A DNA stretch of 64,000 bases from positions 864,001 through 928,000 of the forward strand of contig OZ244160.1 of NCBI GenBank assembly GCA_965216325.1, read 5' to 3'. Every line of letters begins with the position of its first letter. Position 1 is the first letter of the stretch. Source of the stretch: Coraliomargarita sp. Lineage in GTDB: Bacteria > Verrucomicrobiota > Verrucomicrobiia > Opitutales > Coraliomargaritaceae. Shown here piece after piece: positions 54,611 through 64,000 of this stretch. The position numbers were made by a program, and so were the translations under genes. Below the pieces are notes generated by a model. The model saw only the letters and a program-made list of their open reading frames with translations. It ran no database searches and was not told the origin of the DNA.

Positions 54611-55969
54611 CTAGATTTGATAAAGCACACCTGGCGTCGGATTTAGAATCTGGCTGTCGGGGAGGCGCTTCTCGAGATCGGCTTCAAACCACTCTCGCGC
54701 TTCGGCTTCGCCATGGGTTAGTATGATCGATCGGGCTTGAGATTGTTCCGCGAAATCGGCGAGCTCGTCGCGGTTGGCGTGACCACTGAGGTCGAATTGA
54801 TCGATCGATGCACGCTTTGGGGCGCGATAGTCGAGGGCATCAAAGAAATAGCTGTCGTCATCCGGCTTGCCGAGGAGTGCGCCGCCGGGGGTGTCCGGAT
54901 CGCAGTAGCCGACAAAGCAGATACCGTTGTTCTCATGAGGCAGCAAGGATGCGGCGATTTTATACGAAGGCGTGTGCTCAACCATCATGCCGCTGCTAAC
55001 CAGATAGATGCCTTTCTGCGGTAGGTCGCGGCCCGGGCGCAGGTTGATATCGAGCGGCTTCACCTTCATCTGTTCGAGCATGCGGATGTCGAAGTCGATG
55101 AGATTGGTTTTGTTGCGGATCTTTTCAAAGTAGTTACACAAATCCATACCCAGGCCGGCAGCAAAGAGCTTGCTTTTGGGCAGGCGCCCGAAGTTGCGCG
55201 CTTCGAACAGGATTTTGAAGAGTTCCTGCATGCGCCCCAGTGCGAAGACCGGGATGAGGGCGCTGCCACCACGCTCCAGAATGGTGGCCACTTGCTCAAT
55301 GAGCCGATCCACTTCGCCTGCACGTGTTTTATGTGGGCAGCGGGCGGTGGCGCCACGAGTGGTTTCTAGGATTAGGGTGTCGATTTTGCCGGTCGGCAAG
55401 TGTGCGCCGGGGAGGGTGCGCTGATCGTCAAATAGCACATCGCCGGAGAACACGATCCGGCGCCCTTGGTGAATGAATTCCACGGCGGCCGCTCCGGCCA
55501 CATGGCCAGCGGGATGTAAGATCACTTCAATAAAGTCGTCCTCCTTTTGGTAGACTTCGCCGCGCTCGAAGCGCTGGCCGACGAGTTGCTTATTGAGTTG
55601 TGCGATATCTCGATGCAGGAAGAGTGGCAAATCGAGCCGGCCATGCTCTTCGCGCTGGCGCTTCATCACGTTCACGGAGTTGCGCAGCATCCGTGGTGCG
55701 AGTGTCAGGTTTGGGATACTGGTGATCACCGTGGCCTGCGGGTGTTGTCCTGCGATGATGGGGAGCGATCCCAAGTGATCGAGGTGGCAGTGGGTGAGCA
55801 CAATTAGATCGAGGTCGATGCCATCAATCTCATCGTAGTCCGGCATCGATTCTTTGCCCATCTTCTTTGGGTGCAGACCAGCATCGACCAGTATATTAAA
55901 ACTGCCAATTTGGATAAAGTGTGAGTTTGCGCCAATGCCGCCCTCACTGTTGAGATCGATGAGTTTCAT
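54611..55969 (-). CDS. MBL-fold beta-CASP nuclease (RNA processing)
   Basis: THCHLDH, AGHVAG, FSGD, FALGRMQE, LSGHA, HGE. Confidence 0.92.
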   Translation of the reverse strand: MKLIDLNSEGGIGANSHFIQIGSFNILVDAGLHPKKMGKESMPDYDEIDGIDLDLIVLTHCHLDHLGSLPIIAGQHPQATVITSIPNLTLAPRMLRNSVNVMKRQREEHGRLDLPLFLHRDIAQLNKQLVGQRFERGEVYQKEDDFIEVILHPAGHVAGAAAVEFIHQGRRIVFSGDVLFDDQRTLPGAHLPTGKIDTLILETTRGATARCPHKTRAGEVDRLIEQVATILERGGSALIPVFALGRMQELFKILFEARNFGRLPKSKLFAAGLGMDLCNYFEKIRNKTNLIDFDIRMLEQMKVKPLDINLRPGRDLPQKGIYLVSSGMMVEHTPSYKIAASLLPHENNGICFVGYCDPDTPGGALLGKPDDDSYFFDALDYRAPKRASIDQFDLSGHANRDELADFAEQSQARSIILTHGEAEAREWFEADLEKRLPDSQILNPTPGVLYQI

Positions 55970-55987
55970 TTGTTTGAAAGGAGACAG

Positions 55988-56162
55988 AACCGTTAATTTA
56001 CGTTAATTTACGTTGATGCTTCAATAGCGTAACTTGAATGATTGCAAAACCACGCAATGAGCCTGTGAGCTGAGCGTGTCGCAAGAAAAGTGAGACGAAA
56101 CTGTCGTGCTGTTTGTCCAGTGCAGTGCTTGAATTAACGCAAATTAACGTTAATTGACGGTT
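55988..56162. repeat. 175-bp element with 30-bp terminal inverted repeats
   Basis: AACCGTTAATTTACGTTAATTTACGTTGAT versus the reverse complement of 56133-56162: 26/30 identical. Confidence 0.75.
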
Positions 56163-56560
56163 CAAGTCTGCGCATCCCCGGTTGGGATCTTCATTTCGAT
56201 GGTCGGAATGCGGACATGAATGGTTTGACCTGCACTATCGACGCCATGAAAGGAGCCCTCGGCCACGGCACTGCAACCCACCGCGTGGTGACTGTTGTAA
56301 CTGAAGCTTTCTCCAGGAGCTAGGCTCGGAGTTTTTCCGACGATGCCGTCGCCTTCGATCACATTGAGTTCTCCGTTCGCATCGCGAATCACCCAGCGCC
56401 GTCCGTTCAGCGTGACCGTTGAGTCGGATAGGTTGGCAATGGTAATAAAATAAATGAACGCGTGGGGGGTGTCTGAGGTGACTGCTTCGGAGTCAAAAAA
56501 ATAAACGAGACGATCTAGCGTCGCGCGCAAGCCTGGGACTTCTTTGCTTTTAGGGAGCAC
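56162..56560 (-). CDS. apaG: ApaG domain protein
   Basis: YFITIAN, RRWVI, GDGIVG..P.L.PGESFSY. Confidence 0.85.
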   Translation of the reverse strand: MLPKSKEVPGLRATLDRLVYFFDSEAVTSDTPHAFIYFITIANLSDSTVTLNGRRWVIRDANGELNVIEGDGIVGKTPSLAPGESFSYNSHHAVGCSAVAEGSFHGVDSAGQTIHVRIPTIEMKIPTGDAQT

Positions 56561-56817
56561 TCAATAACTATGAGTGTTCAGTTTAGGCTTTTGAGCAACC
56601 AGAATTTAGGGCGGCAAGTGCCTTTTTATGGCAACGACTGTGCCTTAGATTTTAAGGCGTTTGATTTAGTGTGTCTAAGTTACTGTGGATAAGGGGGTTT
56701 CTTTACTTCTGGGGTGCGTTTTGAACGTAGCTTTGTTGTTTTGTAAATCTTTGTGAATCAGTAGTTTTAGTGCTTTATCTGGTTGACTGCGGTAGGCCTT
56801 TGCTGGATATTAGGCAC

Positions 56818-57285
56818 ATGATCGAATCGGGTGATCAGTATATTACTAGTAATATCAGGAGTGCTGCTGATCAGGGGAACCGTGAGGACGGTTTCACTAT
56901 GGTGGAACTCATGATTGGGCTCTCTATCTTCCTTATTGTAGTTGCAAGCTGTTTTGCCTGCCTGCGGGTCGGAAATAGTATGGTGGACAATGCACGGCAT
57001 TTTACTCGTGCTTCACAGATCATGCAGACGGAAATTGAGCGGATTCGTTCAATGGCATGGGGCACGTTAACGGCGCTGCCGACTGCGGAAACCGAGCTGA
57101 CCCTTTCCTCGCAGTTTGATCACCCTGTTTATAAACAGTATACTCTAACGCGCTCGATTACAGGCACTGGGGATATGCGCACGATTACCGTGCAAGTCAC
57201 ATGGGAGGACATGACTGGCCGGAGCCATACCCGTCGCTACATCACCATGTATACGAAGGGAGGTTTGTATGATTACATTCAGTAA
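56818..57285 (+). CDS. prepilin-type N-methylation protein (PilV/GspI-like), cassette 1 gene A
   Basis: G|FTMVELMIGL class III signal. Confidence 0.88.
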   Translation: MIESGDQYITSNIRSAADQGNREDGFTMVELMIGLSIFLIVVASCFACLRVGNSMVDNARHFTRASQIMQTEIERIRSMAWGTLTALPTAETELTLSSQFDHPVYKQYTLTRSITGTGDMRTITVQVTWEDMTGRSHTRRYITMYTKGGLYDYIQ

Positions 57286-57304
57286 GGTCGACAAGGGAAC
57301 TGCG

Positions 57305-57853
57305 ATGTCCCGCCAGCGAACTCGTGGTTTTTCAATGGTCGAGCTCATGTTTGCAATGGGGATCCTGGTGATCGCGCTTGCTGCGATTTTACCGACCTTC
57401 ATGAGCCTGACGAAGTATCTGGTTAGTTTGGGTAATTATTCGGAAATGAGTTATGATGGACGAATGGCCGTAGAGTTGATTGCTCGGGACATCAGAGGTG
57501 CGGAGTCGCTTGAAGTTGCGGATGCAAATAGTTTGACACTGCAGCTCCCTTCAGACGCTGGAAGCGTAACGGTGACCTATGACTATCGCTATGATGGCGG
57601 AGAGGATGATTGGATTTTGTTTCGTGAGGTCACTGATTCTTCCGGAGTGACGACTTCAGACATCTTACTGACAGACCTCGCCGAGTTCGCATTTGTCTAT
57701 TATAATCGCTTGGGCAACGAGAGCACTGCGGCGTCGCGACTCACTGAAACGAAGAGCATTAATCTGGATGCCTTGATGTCACGTAAGGTCTTACAGCTAA
57801 AGAATACCGATAATATTATTTCCGCTAAATTTATGATGCGTAACGCGAACTAA
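57305..57853 (+). CDS. prepilin-type N-methylation protein (PilW/GspJ-like), cassette 1 gene B
   Basis: RG|FSMVELMFAM; C-terminal MMRN. Confidence 0.88.
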   Translation: MSRQRTRGFSMVELMFAMGILVIALAAILPTFMSLTKYLVSLGNYSEMSYDGRMAVELIARDIRGAESLEVADANSLTLQLPSDAGSVTVTYDYRYDGGEDDWILFREVTDSSGVTTSDILLTDLAEFAFVYYNRLGNESTAASRLTETKSINLDALMSRKVLQLKNTDNIISAKFMMRNAN

Positions 57854-57893
57854 GTGCGTTGGCATGGATGATTCCCAAACGGAGGATAGAAAA

Positions 57894-59261
57894 ATGAAGA
57901 CTCAGACGATAACGAACCACTCACGCAAGCGAGGCTCTGCGTTGATCTCGGCCATTATCTTTAGTGCGATTGCGTCGATTCTATTGGTCTCGTATGTGTC
58001 CTTGGCCAACATGGAACATCGAAATTCGATGCGCTCATATTTGTATTCGTCCAGTCTGAATTTGGCGGAAGCGGGGATCGAGTATGGGGTCAATGCATTG
58101 GTGGATGGTAATGCTGCAAACCATACTGAATGGGTGGATTCCGCAACCAATCTATTCACGGACGGGCGATTTGGAGGAAATGTGAAAGTGGTGATTTTGG
58201 ACGCATCTTCGAGTAGTCCTACAATCTATGCAGAGGGGCGCATGACAGGACATCCTGCCGGGGATGTGATTAAGCAGTTACGTGCTGAACTGAGTAGTGG
58301 CTTTCAGCCTTTTGAGCATGGTTTTGCCACTCGAAATGGGATCTCGTTTAGTGGCAGTAATGTGTTTTTAGATAGCTATAATTCGAAGTATGGGGCCTAT
58401 GGTGCCTCATTGCTTGGAAGCTCGGCTCCCAGTGGTTATGGTTATCTTGGTCGTAATATCAATGATGATATATCGGTCGCCACTGAAGGCTTACTGGCTC
58501 AGCAGAATGGCACAGTTTATGGACTAGTGGAAGTGGCGGATCCTTCTGGGCTGTCGTTGAATAATGGGGAGGTCAAAGAGTATGGAGGAAGTCATGATCC
58601 CAGCCGGATCGAATATGATTTTTATGCAGACTTTCCGGTACAGTCTCCGCCGACTACGGGGGTGACAAAAATTTCCAACATTAGCAACACTACGACTCTA
58701 ACGACTGGCACCTATGAGGTTAGTGCCATTAGCTTGTCTGGTAATGGTAAGAATCTGAGTATTTCAGGTGATGTGACGCTCATCGTCACTGGAGATGTTT
58801 CATTCACCGGTAAAAGCTATCTGAGTGTGCCAAATGGTTCTCAGTTGACCATGTATGCGGACGGAGACGTGTCTATTGGGGGCAATGGTCTCATTAACGG
58901 TAGTGGCGTGCCGGAAGATGTCTTTATTTATGGCACTCAGGATGCGGTTAAAGATGCTTCTGGAAGTGAATCGGCAGGCCAAACGATTAAAATCGCAGGT
59001 AATGGTGTGTTGTCTGCTGCGGTGTATGCGCCGGGGGCCGATTTAGAGCTTAAAGGTGGTGGTAGCAGCGGTGATGTGTTTGGGGCTGCGGTCGGCTACA
59101 CTGCAGTGGTTACCGGTGGTAGCTCTTTTCATTTTGATGAGGCTTTGCGTGATATTGTCGAAGGTGGAGGCTCTTACACAATTGAAAGTTGGTTGGAGAT
59201 GACGAGTGTGTCTGTCGCTTCAACTCCAATTGATATGTCTGCTTATTCGGATACTGAGTGA
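57894..59261 (+). CDS. PilX/GspK-like large minor pilin with beta-rich C-terminal domain, cassette 1 gene C
   Basis: RG|SALISAII (no Glu at +5), LNLAEAG, VYAP, FHFDEAL. Confidence 0.85.
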   Translation: MKTQTITNHSRKRGSALISAIIFSAIASILLVSYVSLANMEHRNSMRSYLYSSSLNLAEAGIEYGVNALVDGNAANHTEWVDSATNLFTDGRFGGNVKVVILDASSSSPTIYAEGRMTGHPAGDVIKQLRAELSSGFQPFEHGFATRNGISFSGSNVFLDSYNSKYGAYGASLLGSSAPSGYGYLGRNINDDISVATEGLLAQQNGTVYGLVEVADPSGLSLNNGEVKEYGGSHDPSRIEYDFYADFPVQSPPTTGVTKISNISNTTTLTTGTYEVSAISLSGNGKNLSISGDVTLIVTGDVSFTGKSYLSVPNGSQLTMYADGDVSIGGNGLINGSGVPEDVFIYGTQDAVKDASGSESAGQTIKIAGNGVLSAAVYAPGADLELKGGGSSGDVFGAAVGYTAVVTGGSSFHFDEALRDIVEGGGSYTIESWLEMTSVSVASTPIDMSAYSDTE

Positions 59262-60422
59262 GAAGACCCTTTGTTGGGTGTCGGACGAACGAGTTTGCGA
59301 GGCCTGGGCACGCGACCCTTACATGCAATATTTTTGCGGTGAACGTTACTTCCAGTGGAAGCTTCGCTGTGAGCCGACCGAGTTGGTACACTTCCGTCAC
59401 CGCATCGGCCAGGAGGGCGTGGGAAAGATCCTAAAGATGACGGTGGGGTTGCACGCCGAGAAGGTGGAGCAAGAGGATGAACTTGTGGCGGACACGACTG
59501 TACAGGAAGCTAATGTGAAGTTCCCGACCGACACACGTTTACATGTGGAGTGCATTGAAAAGCTCTGGCGTCTGGGAGAGTCCGAGTCGGTTTCGTGGCG
59601 CCGCAGTTACGTGCGCACAGTGCCCGTCCTGTTGGCCCGGTTGCGCACCCGCAGCAACCGCCTGGTCAAAGAGCGGAAGAAGTGTCGCCGTAAGATCAAA
59701 ACGATCGCAGAGCGCTTATTACGTGACTTCAAACGCAATGTAGGCACGTCCGGGGAACTGCTATACGCCGAAAGTCTTGAGTTGATCGAGTGGGTGCTTG
59801 GGCAGAAGCGACACAGCAAGAATAAGGTCTACTCGCTGCACGATCCGGATGTGCTGTGCATCGCCAAAGGCAAGGCGCATAAGAAGTATGAGTTCGGCAG
59901 GGAGGCCTCGGTGACGATGCTTCGCGACAGTGGCGTGATCGTCTCAGCAGTGAGTTTTAAGGAGAACCTTTACGACGGAGACACTTTGGAACCGGCGCTG
60001 GAGCAAGCCTTGGAGATGGCCGGAAAAACCTTCAGCAGTGTGCTCGTTGACAAGGGCTACCGTAGGCGCAAGAACGTGAGTGGAACCGAGGTGGTCATTC
60101 CGGGAAAGATTAGCAAAAAGCTCAGCTACTACCAGCGGAGTAAGCAACGAAAACGAAATGGCCGGCGAGCGGCCATCGAACCGGTGATCGGCCACCTCAA
60201 GAACGACTACCGAATGGCAAGATGCTTCCTCAAGGGAGCTGAAGGAGCCGGGCTGAATCTCGGGCTGGCCGCTGCTGCTTGGAACCTCAAGAAGTGGATC
60301 AACGAGCTTCTTTTTGCCTTCGTTATATGCTTCGGTCGCAACTTACAGCCACGCGAATTCTATCATCAACCTGGAATTGGATCGGCTCAAAGGGGCGCAT
60401 AGGGCTTTTTAAGGCACGACTA
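59262..60422 (+). mobile_element. 5'-truncated IS5-family element (transposase pseudogene)
   Basis: SDE..W..PYMQYFCGE, DTTVQE, KGKAHKKYEFG, DKGY, RRAAIEPVIGHLK; no N-terminus or left end; right end ...TTTTAAGGCACGACTA. Confidence 0.85.
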
Positions 60423-61215
60423 TTCTACGGATGATGATCCCTCGGCGGATCAACAGACGGGAACAGGAGGTAGTGAGTCTGACATTGTTGGCGGTTCGTT
60501 TGAGGGCGAAGACTATGCGGCGCTCTACAAGCAATTTGATGGAGATGATCTAGCTTTTCGCCTCCGTTTGGGCGCCGACAGTAATCCAACTGGGTTTAAT
60601 TCTGCTGCGATCATTGCGCTCGATCTGGGGAACGATGGCATTCTGGATTTCTATATTGGTGTTCAGGTCAATGGTGTGAATGGAAACATTAACCATGATG
60701 TTGGTATCTATCAATTTACAGGCTTAGCGACCAACCCGAGTAATACACAGAGCGCATTGGCGTCACCTTCAGATCCTTTAGTTTCGTATGAGGGGCGCTA
60801 TGATTGGTCTCCGGTGTCGAGCATTGATCCTGATGCTCCTGCAGATCTAGATGGTCTTGGCGATGACGACTATTTCCTCTCATTTTCGGTCGATTTCATG
60901 GACTTGGTAACTGCTATCGACGGGACGGGTTGGACCGATTCAGAGGGCAATGGTCTCAGTGCATCCACACCGCTGTCCTTTGTGGCGATTACATCGCAGA
61001 ATCTGAACCAGATTAATAACGATTTCAACGGGATTGAGGGCACGGATACCAATTCGACGACACCTTGGACAGATCTCGGCGGGACTTCGGAGGAGTATAG
61101 TCCTGAGTCGGAAGAGCCATTGGGAGCAGTGCCTGAGCCACCTAGCTACGGTATTATACTTGGAGTGCTTTGTTTGCTCTTTGCGGTTTTTAGCCGACGT
61201 ATCTTAGGCCGATAG
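60421..61215 (+). pseudogene. PEP-CTERM surface protein, 5'-truncated by IS5
   Basis: Frame stays open back to the IS end (YSTDDDPSADQQTG...) with no start codon or signal peptide; C-terminus VPEPPSYGIILGVLCLLFAVFSRR. Confidence 0.8.
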
Positions 61216-61553
61216 GGCCCGTGTGTATTACATGCTTCCTTAGACTTCTAGTTGTTCGCGCTTAGCTACTTGCAGGTCTAGTGCGTTACTTTCATTGCTG
61301 GGCGTTTGTATTGGCTTAGGTTGTGGCGTTAAGCAGTGACTGGCTGTAGTAAGACTTGTAAGCTATATAGCGTAGATGGGCTATGTGTATTAGTTTTTTA
61401 ATAAATCTGCGGTCGAAATGGATGGAAAATAGGTCGAATTACGCATGTAGATTTCCTGTGTAGACCTTAAAATAGGGTAAAAAAATTTAAAATAGGGTGT
61501 TTACCTAAATATCTGGTTGTATTGCTACGTTATTTTACGCAAATAAGGCATAC

Positions 61554-61982
61554 ATGGATAAATCCAGCAAAGGTAAGCAGGGCTACTCTTTGGTAGAAGT
61601 AATGGTTTCGATGGTCGTGATCAGCTTCTTTGCCGCGGGTGTATATGGCTGTCTGATACTATCGACTAAGATTTATTCGAGTGGGCGCGATGTCGATGAG
61701 GCAAACCTGATCCTACAGTATGAGATCGAGAATATTCGTGGGCAGCGCTGGGATGAGATCGTTAAGCTGGAGAGTAGCAGGAACGTGGAAAGTGTTTCAC
61801 TGGAACCGTATGGCGATGCTTATACACTGAGCCGTGAGATCGATAGTTCGACTGATGGGATGACCAAGGTGACGTTTACCGTTAGTTGGCAGGACCGCAA
61901 CGGTGCGGTTCGTGAATTGAGCAGTGGAGATGTCGCTTACACAGAGAATGGTCTGAGTGATAGCCACTACCGGGAGTATTAA
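61554..61982 (+). CDS. prepilin-type N-methylation protein, cassette 2 gene A
   Basis: QG|YSLVEVMVSM; paralogous to 56818-57285. Confidence 0.88.
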   Translation: MDKSSKGKQGYSLVEVMVSMVVISFFAAGVYGCLILSTKIYSSGRDVDEANLILQYEIENIRGQRWDEIVKLESSRNVESVSLEPYGDAYTLSREIDSSTDGMTKVTFTVSWQDRNGAVRELSSGDVAYTENGLSDSHYREY

Positions 61983-61984
61983 CC

Positions 61985-62623
61985 ATGCCGCAGAAGACTC
62001 AATATCAGTTGAACGAAGAGCGCCGCCGTGGGTTTACCTTGGCGGAGTTAGTCTTTGCGGCTGCTATCTCGCTGTTTGTCTTGATGGTCGCGCTCGGCCT
62101 GTTGATCACCATGCTGAAGTCCGAGGCGAAAAATTATAATAACATTTCTATGGATCAGGAGGCTAAGGAGTTTTTGACTCACCTGACTCGAGATGTTCAA
62201 GCTGCCAGTGAAGTTCTGACTGCTAGCAGTCAAGCGATTGATTTGGAGTTACGTCGTTACTCGTCGAACGAAAGCGCAGATATTGAGTATGTCGGCTACT
62301 ATTTAAAGCAGATCGAGGGATCGGATGATTACTATATCGTCCGTGAACTAACGGATTCGAGCGGTGATGTTAGCCAGAAAGAATTTTTCAAACTCGCTGG
62401 CAACAATGGCACCATCGGAATGGTCAGCATGAAGGCGCAGATTAAAGACGATGCGGTCGTCTACAGTGCGGAATTTTATGATACCCTGCGTGAGGCAACC
62501 GACGATGCCGAAGAGGTGCGCTTTATCAGCTGGGAATTCCCACTTTACTACGAGGCAAGCAATATGACTTTCAGCCGCAAGGTGACGTCTCCGCTGATTA
62601 TGCTGCGAAATAAAAGCAGCTAA
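61985..62623 (+). CDS. prepilin-type N-methylation protein, cassette 2 gene B
   Basis: RG|FTLAELVFA; C-terminal MLRN. Confidence 0.88.
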   Translation: MPQKTQYQLNEERRRGFTLAELVFAAAISLFVLMVALGLLITMLKSEAKNYNNISMDQEAKEFLTHLTRDVQAASEVLTASSQAIDLELRRYSSNESADIEYVGYYLKQIEGSDDYYIVRELTDSSGDVSQKEFFKLAGNNGTIGMVSMKAQIKDDAVVYSAEFYDTLREATDDAEEVRFISWEFPLYYEASNMTFSRKVTSPLIMLRNKSS

Positions 62624-62684
62624 GCCCTTTCCACGAACACTTTAAATACCCTTAGCCCAACAAAACCCAACCCAAATGCGACCT

Positions 62685-64000
62685 ATGAAAAACCCAAAAC
62701 AAGGCTCTGCGCTCATCTCGGCAGTTATTGTCATTATCATCATCGGTGTGATTATCGGCAGTTACCTGAGTTTGACGGTTTCCGAACGTAAAGCTGTGGA
62801 GCGTAGTGTGCTCTTCGATCTTGCGATGGATATCACGGAGACTGCGGCTGAAGACGCGGTTCACACGCTGAACGAGAACACGAGCGAATATTGGCGCAAG
62901 TGGTCGGATCGCACAGTGGATGGTCAAGCTGCCAAGTATAAGGCAGTTTCTGGAATTGAGATGGGCAATGGTCGTGAAGGCTCGTATAAGGCTGTCATCC
63001 TTGGAGCTGGCACGGACAATCCGCGTCTGATAATTGAGGGCACGGTGAATAGTCCGTTGCTTGGTGATGTAAAACGCCAACTTGCGGTCAAACTGAAGAC
63101 CCGCGGCATTTTCGGAAATGGCTTAACCTCACCGGATGCGGGTGATGGCAATGCCAAGATTACGTTTACCGACGATGATATTTTGATTACCGGCTATGAT
63201 TCATCGCAGGGCGCTTATACACCAACAGGCAATCGCTCTGACAGTGTTCTGGTTGCTGCAGAAACCGAAGTGAACTACGCGCTAAATATCGAAGGGGCAG
63301 AAATCTTTGGTAGCGTTGCGACTGCTGGAGGCGTTCTCGGAGAGAGTGGTGCAACCGTTATTGGACAGGATAGTTCGCGTGCGTTTGGGGTCGATACGGA
63401 GCGTGTTTATGACAACTACTATGCGAATGCGCCTGAAGTGAATGCTCCAGCGATTGAAGGTGCACTTACTGATTTGCCGAATCCTGTAGATGGCGAGATC
63501 ACAATCGGTGAAAATTCCGAAAGCTACGAAGTGAAGAATCTCGATGTGGACAAGGACGAAGAACTCGTCGTCGTTGGACCGTCGGTTATTGTGGTCACCA
63601 AGGATGCTGAAATCGAGGGTGACATCGTGTTCGAGTCGGATGGCAGCCTCAAGCTCTACGTTAAGGATGACCTTACTATTTCGGGGGATGTTTATATGGC
63701 TGATGTCGATGCCGGTGATTTCATTATTTATGGCACTGCTGAGAATCCGGGAGGCAATGGAGATAATCTTTCAGAAATTAAGTTAAATCATCTCGGTGAG
63801 CTGAAGACTGGTATTTTGGCTCCAAATTCGTTGGTCATTTTCGAGAAAGGAGAACGCTCCGGAGGCGCTGGTGACGGTGGCTCTGGCGGCAGTGGTGGTT
63901 CTGGTGGTTCCGGTGGCTCTGGCAAGTCTGGAGGCTCTGGCGGTTCCGGTAAGTCCGGTGGCAGCGGTGATTCCGGTTCCGGTGGCTCTGGCAAGTCTGG
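62685..64000 (+). CDS. PilX-like large minor pilin, cassette 2 gene C (runs off the window; not in the ORF track)
   Basis: Hand translation MKNPKQG|SALISAVIVIIII...LIIEGTV..GDVKRQL...ILAPNS followed by GGS repeats. Confidence 0.85.
   Translation, partial: MKNPKQGSALISAVIVIIIIGVIIGSYLSLTVSERKAVERSVLFDLAMDITETAAEDAVHTLNENTSEYWRKWSDRTVDGQAAKYKAVSGIEMGNGREGSYKAVILGAGTDNPRLIIEGTVNSPLLGDVKRQLAVKLKTRGIFGNGLTSPDAGDGNAKITFTDDDILITGYDSSQGAYTPTGNRSDSVLVAAETEVNYALNIEGAEIFGSVATAGGVLGESGATVIGQDSSRAFGVDTERVYDNYYANAPEVNAPAIEGALTDLPNPVDGEITIGENSESYEVKNLDVDKDEELVVVGPSVIVVTKDAEIEGDIVFESDGSLKLYVKDDLTISGDVYMADVDAGDFIIYGTAENPGGNGDNLSEIKLNHLGELKTGILAPNSLVIFEKGERSGGAGDGGSGGSGGSGGSGGSGKSGGSGGSGKSGGSGDSGSGGSGKS

Noticed and set aside
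56684..56692. Perfect DnaA box TGTGGATAA upstream of pilin cassette 1
   Set aside because: Isolated 9-mer, plausible by chance in 64 kb; no cluster
59206..59261. N-terminus MCLSLQLQL... of the IS5 ORF
   Set aside because: Alternative frame of the upstream pilin gene's end, not transposase sequence
63788..63994. Pro/Glu-rich minus-strand ORF
   Set aside because: Antisense of the GGS repeat in the PilX-like gene

Overview
Bacterial chromosomal window whose gene content (exosortase plus PEP-CTERM protein, tandem pilin-like cassettes, dnaA not followed by dnaN) suggests a Verrucomicrobiota/Opitutales-like organism; this is inference, no search was run. It is mostly housekeeping: dnaA with an upstream DnaA-box cluster, tsaE, thiL, xth, mnmA, GH13, dnaE, cobB, hisC, aroQ, tcdA, two pilT paralogues, panB, gpsA, a SET protein, divergent cysJ/cysI, typA and apaG. 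The intergenic spaces hold many GTAG/GGAG-headed REP-like palindromes of several families. The best finding is a complete-looking IS110/IS1111-type element (about 40177-41654) inserted into the GTAG head of one REP. Its 3' non-coding end folds by eye into two internal-loop hairpins whose loop strands match the REP target (AAGCCCCT and TTGTAG) and the element's own circle junction (GTCAT and ATAGCAG), i.e. a readable bridge RNA aimed at a host repeat family. Other accessory features are a REP-flanked array of seven small ORFans (13294-15628), a REP embedded in-frame in cobB, an ABCG-like/pilin-leader/helical-protein operon, and two paralogous three-gene pilin-like cassettes separated by a truncated IS5 and a decapitated PEP-CTERM gene. 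I saw no rRNA, tRNA or CRISPR array.
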